Positions 20,135 through 27,765 of a DNA stretch of 64,000 nt are shown here, piece by piece. The position numbers and the translations under genes were made by a program. How positions within the stretch are numbered: position 1 is the first letter of the stretch; each line of letters begins with the position of its first letter. Origin of the DNA: Candidatus Arcticimaribacter sp. (GTDB lineage: Bacteria > Bacteroidota > Bacteroidia > Flavobacteriales > Flavobacteriaceae); assembly GCA_965660155.1 (NCBI GenBank), contig CBFHYT010000006.1:1174-65173 (forward strand), written 5' to 3'. The notes under the pieces are model-generated. The model saw nothing but the letters and a program-made list of their open reading frames with translations. It was not told the DNA's origin and did not search any database.

Positions 20135-20449
20135 AATGCAGTCCAAATTGAACAAAAAAAGTATAGACCAGCTAATTTATCTGGATCTGGACGTATTGAA
20201 CTTCAGGGGTCGAGCGAAGAATTTGAAGTAAAACTATCTGGTTCGGGATCCATACGAGCCAGAGCAATGGAAGTAAATGGAGGTGACTTTTCTCTGAGTG
20301 GCTCTGGCCGAATGATTGTGAATGTTTCTGGTAGACTAAAAGCACAAGTTTCTGAGTCTGGAAGTATTCGTTATGAAGCTAAACCCTCTACAAGAGTAGT
20401 GAGTAAAGTAGTTGGATCGGGTTCGATCCGAGAAATTAAGAACCGTTAA
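20135..20449 (+). pseudogene. 5'-truncated head GIN domain / DUF2807 family gene remnant
   Basis: Repeated SGSG beta-helix units (NLSGSGRI, KLSGSGSI, SLSGSGRM, VVGSGSI) open from 20135; no start codon or signal peptide before ATG 20267. Confidence 0.7.
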
Positions 20450-20452
20450 TCT

Positions 20453-21775
20453 TTAGTGTTCTTTTTTAGGAACCCTTAGAAGCATTAACGCACCCAAAAC
20501 AAAAAATACAAAGAAAAATAAAATGGAGACGCGCATGCTTCCAGTAATCTGGTCTAAGAACCCAAAAAGAAGCATCCCAATGACTATAGCGATTTTTTCG
20601 GTTACTCCATAAAAACTAAAATAAGAAGTGGTATCTTCAGTTTCGGGAATGAATTTGGAATAAGTAGATCGAGATAATGACTGCAATCCACCCATAACCA
20701 GACCTACAAAACCAGCCACCATGTAAAATTGATCAGGAGTACTAATAAAAAAGGCATACACACAAATAGCTGCCCAAATCAAGTTGATCACAAAAAGGGT
20801 CTTCAGATTCCCGAATTTTTCTGAACAACGGGCAGTAATAATTGCTCCAACAATGGCAACTAGCTGAATCAAAAGAATACTTACAATCAAACCAATTGTT
20901 TTGTCAGAATCAGAGCCCCAATCAATTTCTTCTTCCCCAAAATAGGCCGCAACCAGCATAACTGTTTGTAAAGAGGTACTGTAAACAAAAAAGGCCGCCA
21001 AATAGCGTTTCAAACGAAAATTCATTGTTAATTGACACCAAACCAACCTCAACTCTTTGTATCCGTTCCAAAGAATGTCCTGTGTAATCTTTTGACCTTT
21101 GTTGCCTCGTGGGAGATAATAAAAAGAAAAAAGGCTGAAAAAAGCCCACCAAACTCCCACTGAAACAAAGGAGTACTTCATGGCAAGCATTGCTGATTCA
21201 ATTTCTGTACCTTCAATGCCATACCATTGAGGCTTCATTATCATGGACAGATTGAACAATAAAAGAAGAACACTACCAACATAACCCAAAGAATAACCTT
21301 GAGCAGAGGCACGGTCTTGTTGATCTTCATAAGCAATGTCGGGTAAATACGAATTGTAAAAGACCAGACTAGACCACAAACCAATCATTGCAAGAAAGTA
21401 GAATAGAAATCCCAAATAAATGTTAGCCAAATCAAACCAAAATAAACCAATACAAGACAGTGAACCCATGAAAACAAAAAATTTCATGAATTTTTTCTTA
21501 TTGCCAATGTAATCAGCTATCCCAGAAAGAATTGGAGAAATTAGGGCAACAACTACGAAAGCAGTTGCGGTTACAAAACTTATCATCGCCGTGTTTTTGA
21601 CCGAATAGCCAAAAAAATCAATCTGATTGTTTTCAGCAAAAACCATTCCGTAATAGATAGGAAAAATCGCCGATGATATTACCAAGGGGTAAACCGAATT
21701 TGCCCAGTCATAAAAAGCCCAAGCATTGATTAATTTTTTACTCCCTTTCGCTAAAGCAACTTTTGGTTTAAACAT
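20453..21775 (-). CDS. MFS transporter (UMF1/Atg22-like)
   Basis: AWAFYDWANS, FYNSYLPDIA, QSLSRSTYS; ~12 hydrophobic segments; start moved to ATG 21775. Confidence 0.88.
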   Translation of the reverse strand: MFKPKVALAKGSKKLINAWAFYDWANSVYPLVISSAIFPIYYGMVFAENNQIDFFGYSVKNTAMISFVTATAFVVVALISPILSGIADYIGNKKKFMKFFVFMGSLSCIGLFWFDLANIYLGFLFYFLAMIGLWSSLVFYNSYLPDIAYEDQQDRASAQGYSLGYVGSVLLLLFNLSMIMKPQWYGIEGTEIESAMLAMKYSFVSVGVWWAFFSLFSFYYLPRGNKGQKITQDILWNGYKELRLVWCQLTMNFRLKRYLAAFFVYSTSLQTVMLVAAYFGEEEIDWGSDSDKTIGLIVSILLIQLVAIVGAIITARCSEKFGNLKTLFVINLIWAAICVYAFFISTPDQFYMVAGFVGLVMGGLQSLSRSTYSKFIPETEDTTSYFSFYGVTEKIAIVIGMLLFGFLDQITGSMRVSILFFFVFFVLGALMLLRVPKKEH

Positions 21776-22109
21776 AAATTTAGTTTGAAAGTTCAAGATA
21801 AGATATTAACAGCAGTTCAGACAAAAATTAATTTTTCTTTTTTAAAAATTGAAATCCAATACTGTTTTTATGTTCTAATATTTTAGCATAAGTAAAACTT
21901 ATACTTATTTTTAAATTACTTAAAATCAATAATCTGTGGTTAGTATATTATATCAATAGTTTGATTATATTTAGTGGTTTTGTTTTTTAAAATTAAAGTA
22001 AAGCTTTAAGTTTAAAGTCACCGTGTTATTTGCATTTAAAACTATGCAAGTCTTGATTTTTAAAAACATATTCAAAAGATTCGTATCTTTATGAAAACTC
22101 CAATTAATC

Positions 22110-22595
22110 ATTAGAAAACTTTTGCTCTCTTTATTCTTTTTCCCTCTTTTGTTGAGCTGTCAAAACTCTAAAAAAAAGCCTGCACAAAAAGTTAAATATC
22201 TTTTTGAAAAAACCGAATCCGAATGGAAAGCTGAGCTTCCCATAAAGGCATTTTATGTATTGAGAGAAGCAGGAACAGAACAAGCTTTTTCGGGTAAATA
22301 CGATAAATTTTATGAAAAGGGAACTTATCAATGTGCTGCATGTGCAACTCCTTTGTATCAATCTAAGCACAAATATGACTCTGGAAGTGGTTGGCCTTCT
22401 TTTGACCGAGGAGAAGATGAAAACATCGAATATGATGTAGATTACAAATTGGGCTATGCCCGAACCGAGCTCAAATGCAATAAATGCGGTGGTCACTTAG
22501 GACATATGTTTAACGATGGCCCTCGACAAACTACTGGTAAACGCCACTGCATCAATTCTGCCGCTCTTTATTTTGTACTCGGTACCGATGAATAA
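22110..22595 (+). CDS. msrB: peptide-methionine (R)-S-oxide reductase, lipoprotein form
   Basis: GTEQAF, CAAC, SGSGWPSF, CNKCGGHLGHMFNDGP, RHCINS; lipobox LLSC; start uncertain (ATT 22110 or TTG 22122). Confidence 0.88.
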   Translation: MRKLLLSLFFFPLLLSCQNSKKKPAQKVKYLFEKTESEWKAELPIKAFYVLREAGTEQAFSGKYDKFYEKGTYQCAACATPLYQSKHKYDSGSGWPSFDRGEDENIEYDVDYKLGYARTELKCNKCGGHLGHMFNDGPRQTTGKRHCINSAALYFVLGTDE

Positions 22596-22989
22596 AAACT
22601 ATCCTTTCTACAGGTCTGATCAAGAATGGCGTAAAATTCTTACGGATGAAGAATACCGAATACTTCGCCAACAAGGCACCGAATTTCCAAATAGTGGGCA
22701 ATACAACACTCATTACGAAGCAGGGACTTACAATTGTAAAGGCTGTAGTCAACCGCTTTACAGCAGCGAATCTAAGTTTGACAATGGTTGCGGATGGCCT
22801 AGTTACGACCAGAGCATTGAGGGTGCCATAGAATACCGCAAAGATACCAGTCTGGGAATGTTACGCGTAGAGATCCTCTGCTCGAACTGTGGCGGACATC
22901 AAGGTCATGTTTTTGATGACGGGCCAACCGTTTCGGGAAAACGTTATTGCGTAAATTCGGCAAGTATCCGTTTTGAATCCAAAAAGTAA
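22588..22989 (+). CDS. msrB: peptide-methionine (R)-S-oxide reductase, cytoplasmic form
   Basis: GTEFP, CKGC, GCGWPSY, CSNCGGHQGHVFDDGP, RYCVNS; ATG 22588 overlaps the upstream stop. Confidence 0.92.
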   Translation: MNKNYPFYRSDQEWRKILTDEEYRILRQQGTEFPNSGQYNTHYEAGTYNCKGCSQPLYSSESKFDNGCGWPSYDQSIEGAIEYRKDTSLGMLRVEILCSNCGGHQGHVFDDGPTVSGKRYCVNSASIRFESKK

Positions 22990-22993
22990 GTTT

Positions 22994-23022
22994 AAGGGGT
23001 TTTTTCTTCCCCTTGTTTTTTT
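22994..23022 (+). terminator. possible intrinsic terminator after msrB pair
   Basis: AAGGGG-N9-CCCCTT followed by GTTTTTTT. Confidence 0.5.
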
Positions 23023-23052
23023 GTATTTTTGCGCCATCAAAAACTTGAACTT

Positions 23053-24441
23053 ATGACAACATATGATGTAATTGTTTTAGGAAGCGGTCCAGGTGGATAT
23101 GTTACTGCTATTCGCGCCTCACAACTGGGATTAAAAACTGCTGTTATCGAAAAGGAAAGCCTTGGAGGGGTTTGCCTCAATTGGGGATGTATTCCAACCA
23201 AAGCGCTTCTCAAATCAGCTCAAGTTTTTGATTACCTCAAACACGCATCGGACTATGGTCTTAAAGTTACCGATTATGACAAAGACTTTGATGCGGTAGT
23301 CAACCGCAGCAGAAACGTAGCTGCAGGTATGAGTAAAGGAGTTCAGTTTTTAATGAAAAAAAATAAAATTGACGTTTTAAATGGTTTTGGGAAAATTCTC
23401 CCCAAAAAACAAGTGAGCGTTACTTTAGACGACAAAACCACCACCTACCAAGCGAATCACATCATTATTGCAACTGGAGCGCGTTCCAGAGAGCTTCCTA
23501 GCCTTCCTCAAGACGGAAAAAAGGTTATTGGTTATCGAGAGGCTATGACCTTGCCAAAACAGCCTAAAAAGCTAATTATAGTGGGTTCTGGGGCTATTGG
23601 AATTGAGTTTGCTCATTTTTACAACGCAATGGGTACCGAAGTTACCGTTGTCGAATTCCAAGATCGTATCGTTCCTGTTGAGGATGAAGAAATTTCGAAA
23701 CAATTGGAGCGATCCTTCAAAAAAGCTGGAATCAATATTATGACTCAAGCCGAAGTTACCCATGTGGATACCAAAGGACAAGGAGTTACAGCAACTATAA
23801 AAACTGTTAAGGGCGAAGAAACGCTCAAGGTTGACATCGTTTTATCTGCTGTTGGAATCAAAACCAACATTGAAAACATCGGTTTAAAAGAGGTTGGAAT
23901 TGCTATAGACCGTGACAAAATTTTAGTTAATGACTTCTACCAAACCAACCTTCCGGGCTACTATGCCATTGGAGACGTTACATCAGGACAGGCTCTTGCA
24001 CACGTTGCCTCTGCAGAAGGAATACTCTGCGTAGAAAAAATTGCAGGACATACAGTTGAGCCTTTAGATTATGGTAACATCCCGGGATGTACCTACTGCA
24101 CGCCTGAAATTGCTTCTGTTGGATTGACCGAGTCTCAAGCCAAAGAGCAAGGATACGACATCAAGGTTGGAAAATTCCCGTTTTCTGCCTCCGGAAAAGC
24201 ACAAGCTGGTGGGACTCCCGAAGGTTTTGTGAAAGTGATCTTCGATGCCAAATACGGAGAGTGGTTGGGCTGCCACATGATTGGAGCCGGTGTTACAGAC
24301 ATGATCGCCGAGGCAGTACTTGGACGTAAACTCGAAACTACCGGCCACGAAGTACTCAAAGCCGTTCACCCCCACCCCACCATGAGCGAAGCCATGATGG
24401 AGGCTGTGGCCGATGCCTATGACGAGGTAATCCATTTGTAA
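23053..24441 (+). CDS. lpdA: dihydrolipoyl dehydrogenase
   Basis: GSGPGGY, GGVCLNWGCIPTK redox centre, HPHPTMSE; ATG 23053. Confidence 0.97.
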   Translation: MTTYDVIVLGSGPGGYVTAIRASQLGLKTAVIEKESLGGVCLNWGCIPTKALLKSAQVFDYLKHASDYGLKVTDYDKDFDAVVNRSRNVAAGMSKGVQFLMKKNKIDVLNGFGKILPKKQVSVTLDDKTTTYQANHIIIATGARSRELPSLPQDGKKVIGYREAMTLPKQPKKLIIVGSGAIGIEFAHFYNAMGTEVTVVEFQDRIVPVEDEEISKQLERSFKKAGINIMTQAEVTHVDTKGQGVTATIKTVKGEETLKVDIVLSAVGIKTNIENIGLKEVGIAIDRDKILVNDFYQTNLPGYYAIGDVTSGQALAHVASAEGILCVEKIAGHTVEPLDYGNIPGCTYCTPEIASVGLTESQAKEQGYDIKVGKFPFSASGKAQAGGTPEGFVKVIFDAKYGEWLGCHMIGAGVTDMIAEAVLGRKLETTGHEVLKAVHPHPTMSEAMMEAVADAYDEVIHL

Positions 24442-24468
24442 ATCCCCATTGAAATAACTAGCATAAAT

Positions 24469-24500
24469 AAGGCTCGCTTTTAGCGAGCTTTTTTCTTTTT
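24469..24500 (+). terminator. intrinsic terminator of lpdA
   Basis: AAGGCTCGCT-TTT-AGCGAGCTT followed by a T-tract. Confidence 0.85.
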
Positions 24501-24503
24501 TAC

Positions 24504-24511
24504 TATATTTG
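24504..24511 (+). promoter_or_regulatory. -7 element (TATATTTG) of the recombinase gene
   Basis: TAnnTTTG match 33 nt before ATG 24545. Confidence 0.6.
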
Positions 24512-24544
24512 AGGTAGTTACAGTCCCTAATCTGTACTTCAATC

Positions 24545-25701
24545 ATGAAAAACCTACGGCTTTTACCCGACCTCCATCGACAACAAAAGATTATAAGGCT
24601 AGACTTTGCCTTTGATCGAGAATTGATTGCACTTGTAAAGTCGCAAAAGGGAGCGAGATGGAGTCAAACGCTACAATCATGGTATTTCCCAGCAAAAGAA
24701 TTTCAATTGGATGTTTTTTATCAAACGTTTGAGGATAGTGTTCTAATAGATTATTCTCAACTTAAAAAACACTCACCTGTAAACCATATCATAAAGAAAA
24801 AGATCATTCCCTATGAGCCAAAATCCATCCCAAGACTATCGTCTTGATATAGAGAACAATTGGTTTTAAAACGTTACAGTAAAATACAATAAAAACCTAT
24901 TGTTCGTATTTTTAAAATTTTTGATTTTTTTATGGGTCAGTCCATTGACCGTCTTTCCAAAAAAGATATACAAGTATTTCTGTTGTATTTAATTCAAGAA
25001 AAAAAGGTTAGTTCTTCGACACAAAATCAATATATCAATGCCATTAAGTTTTATTATGAAAAAGTGCTTAAGCAAACTAAAATGGTTTTTACACTAGAGC
25101 GACCTAACAAAACTAAAAAGCTACCAGAAATATTGACAGAACAAGAGGTTTTATTGATCTTCAAATAAACATCAAACCTATAACACAAAACCATTTTGTC
25201 GCTTATATATTCTAGTGGGTTGAGAGTAGGCGATCTCATTGGGCTGAGAGAACAAGATATCGTGTGAGAAAAGAACTATCTCTTCTTCGGGGTGGAAAAG
25301 GGAAAAAGGATAGAATTACACTACTGGCTGATAATATTGCATTGCTGTTGAGGAAATATATTCACAAATACAATCCCAATTATTGGTTGATTGAAAGCCC
25401 AAACAGAAAACAATATTCAGCATCTAGCATACGAGTTATCTTGAGGCGATCAGCAAAAAAAGCAGGTTTTCAAAAAAGAATTTATCCTCATATGTTGAGA
25501 CACTCTTTCGCAACTCATTTGTTGGAAAAAGGAACAGATTTAAGATATGTTCAAGAGTTGTTGGAGCATGGAAATTCCAAAACTACAGAGTTTTATACGC
25601 ATGTGAGTCAAAAATCTCTTGCAAATATTAAAAGTATACTAGACCATATCATTGAATATCAAGGTAATGATAATGAGAGCATTAAGATAAAAAAAGTATA
25701 A
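24545..25701 (+). pseudogene. tyrosine recombinase / integron-integrase-like gene, inactivated
   Basis: Fragments give LVLKRYS..NTIKTY (SAM-like N domain), STQNQYINAIKFYY, GLRVG (R), GGKGKKDR (K), [13 protein letters not shown] (HxxR), LLEH, TTEFYTH (Y); in-frame stops at 24845, 25166 and 25181; frameshifts near 24882, 24910 and 25264. Confidence 0.9.
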
Positions 25702-25724
25702 AAACATATAAAGGAAATAAACAC

Positions 25725-25750
25725 AATATGCGGATATAAACAAGTTGTAA
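25725..25750 (+). other. attI-like primary recombination site (…GCGGATATAAACAAG|TTGTAA)
   Basis: First GTT core 42 bp after the recombinase stop, preceded by ATAAACAA, resembling the AAAACAAAG|TT junction of class 1 attI. Confidence 0.5.
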
Positions 25751-25870
25751 TCAATTTCAGCAAAAGCTGAATCCTAGTTGCTATACTTTGCTAAAGCAAA
25801 GCCCCGACCCTAGGAAAATTGATTACAACGTCACACTAAACCAAATTAACGTTTTAGTGTGGAATGGACG
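25745..25870 (+). mobile_element. ORF-less integron-like gene cassette (126 bp)
   Basis: Bounded by G|TT cores at 25744 and 25870; GTTGTAATCAATTT (25744-25757) is the perfect reverse complement of AAATTGATTACAAC (25816-25829), the start of its own attC-like site. Confidence 0.7.
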
Positions 25871-25876
25871 TTATGG
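25822..25876 (+). repeat. attC-like imperfect palindrome
   Basis: ATTACAAC-GTC-ACACTAAA-loop-TTTAGTGT-GGAATG-GAC-GTTATGG: AAC/GTT boxes, inner stem and asymmetric bulge. Confidence 0.65.
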
Positions 25877-26065
25877 GCAATTAAAACCCTAAGTCTAATA
25901 GAACCCGAGAAAACATTTTCTGCTTGGGAGAAAAAAGTGAAGAGAAAACAAAAATGATTGTCTGTAGTGGGTTAAGCCAAAAAAATACGTTTTTCTTTAG
26001 TGGCATTTTGTAAGTCTCAATACTCCTGAAAAAATGTTGAAGTGCGGATTTTAAATTGAATAATA

Positions 26066-26310
26066 ATGAAAACTTTAGAGCAAACGTTAGTCTTACTTAT
26101 TATCTCTGGACTTATCCTTTCATGTACAAAAGAAAATTATGACGCCTTAATTTACTATGTAGACAAATTGGAAGATGTCGATGCATTTGTTAAATTAGTG
26201 GATTCATCACAGCTTCCTAAGAGCAATAGAACCATTATGTTTACAGAAAAGGACGAAAAGATGGAGTAAACAGAGATTCCATTTTCATGCCCTTCAGGAG
26301 AGAGAAGTAG
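26066..26310 (+). pseudogene. fragment of a lipoprotein gene (probable former cassette cargo)
   Basis: Signal peptide with lipobox ILSC; ORF stops at 26269, and an alternative frame continues KDGVNRDSIFMPFRREK to TAG 26308-26310. Confidence 0.45.
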
Positions 26311-26520
26311 ACTAATTTCAAACTACGTGCGCCAATGTTGTGTTCGATATCAAAGGAATTAAGTGCATGTATAATGAGTTTCGAAAATTGAAAAATAACA
26401 AATGTAGAATTCAGCATGAAACATTAAAGCTAATATTCCTCAGCTTTGGAACTGGTTAATAAAAACCAGAATTCACAAGGAATAAAAGTAGTGTTCTCCA
26501 ATTGCTGTCTAAAGAAACAT

Positions 26521-26988
26521 ATGTCACAATCCAACATAAAAATAAGAGTAGCTGTCCCAAATGATCTTAAAATCTTGAAAGAATTTGAGCAAGAAGTAAT
26601 TCGTTATGAGCGAGCCTTTGCAAAAAACTTAAAACAAGATCCTATTGTGTATTACGAGCTCGAAGATTACATTGAAAGATCAGATGTTCAGGTATTAGTT
26701 GCCACCCTAGAACGCAAGCCCGTGGGGTCTGGATACGCCATGATCAAAGATTCTGAAACATTCAAAACACCTGAAAAGTATGCTTATCTTGGATTTATGT
26801 ACGTAATTCCCAATCAGCGTGGAAAAGGGATTAATAGACTTATCATCAATGAACTATTGAAGTGGGTAAAAGAAAAAAAATTGACAGAAGTTCAATTGGA
26901 TGTTTACGCAGAGAATGAGAGTGCAATCAGTGCTTATGAGAAAATTGGATTTAAACCCGATTTATTAAAAATGAGATTGAGGCACTGA
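26521..26988 (+). CDS. GNAT family N-acetyltransferase
   Basis: MYVIPNQRGKGIN acetyl-CoA motif A, NESAISAYEKIGF; ATG 26521. Confidence 0.88.
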   Translation: MSQSNIKIRVAVPNDLKILKEFEQEVIRYERAFAKNLKQDPIVYYELEDYIERSDVQVLVATLERKPVGSGYAMIKDSETFKTPEKYAYLGFMYVIPNQRGKGINRLIINELLKWVKEKKLTEVQLDVYAENESAISAYEKIGFKPDLLKMRLRH

Positions 26989-27024
26989 AATTAAATACAA
27001 ACCAAAAAAACAAACCCAAACACC

Positions 27025-27261
27025 ATGAAAACAATGTCCTGCAAAGAGCTCGGTGGAGCTTGCTACCAAAAATTTAGCGCTAATACTTTTGAAGAAATCG
27101 CTGCACTTAGTAAAGAACACGGAAAAAAAATGTTTCAAAAAAAAGATGCTGAGCATTTGAATGCAATGCAACAAATGCGAAGTTTGGTGAAAGACACCGA
27201 CGGTATGAAAAAATGGTATGAGGAGAGAAAAAAAGTGTTTGATTCATTACCAGAGGATTAG
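27025..27261 (+). CDS. DUF1059-family small (putative metal-binding) protein
   Basis: MKTMSCKELGGAC…SKEHG…H pattern. Confidence 0.7.
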   Translation: MKTMSCKELGGACYQKFSANTFEEIAALSKEHGKKMFQKKDAEHLNAMQQMRSLVKDTDGMKKWYEERKKVFDSLPED

Positions 27262-27266
27262 AAGGC

Positions 27267-27680
27267 TTACAAAAAACTTTCAACAGCCAAACGATAGGAA
27301 TCCAAACCAAAACCGAGAATCAGTCCTTTTGCATTTGGAGTTATGAAAGAGGTGTGTCTAAAATCCTCGCGTGCAAATGTGTTTGAAATATGCACTTCAA
27401 TAACACTAGTGTCTATAGCTTTGATTGCATCACCTAATCCTACTGATGTGTGAGTGTAAGCAGCGGCATTGAGTATGATCCCGTCAGAAGAAAATCCAAC
27501 CCGATGCAATTGATCAATGAGTTCACCCTCAATATTCGATTGAAAATAGTCAAATTCGATTTGAGGAAACTTTACTTGAAGATCAGCAAAATACTGCTCA
27601 AAAGTTTGATTCCCGTAAATACCAGGTTCGCGTTGACCCAATAAGTTAAGGTTAGGACCGTTGATGATGCTGATTTTCAT
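27267..27680 (-). CDS. aroQ: type II 3-dehydroquinate dehydratase
   Basis: NGPNLNLLGQREPGIYG, NAAAYTHTS, EVHISN. Confidence 0.96.
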   Translation of the reverse strand: MKISIINGPNLNLLGQREPGIYGNQTFEQYFADLQVKFPQIEFDYFQSNIEGELIDQLHRVGFSSDGIILNAAAYTHTSVGLGDAIKAIDTSVIEVHISNTFAREDFRHTSFITPNAKGLILGFGLDSYRLAVESFL

Positions 27681-27765
27681 TTACAAGATTTTAAACAAAA
27701 ATAGTCAAAGTTTTTTAGAATGCTCGGCTACGATCAAAGAAGAACAAAAAGCTTATTTTTGAGCT

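Noticed and set aside
25744-25876. CRISPR array or tRNA
   Set aside because: No iterated repeat-spacer units, no cas genes and no tRNA T-loop/CCA features.
24545-27261. Prophage, ICE or IS interpretation of the island
   Set aside because: No phage, conjugation or transposase genes, no tRNA target and no flanking direct repeats seen.
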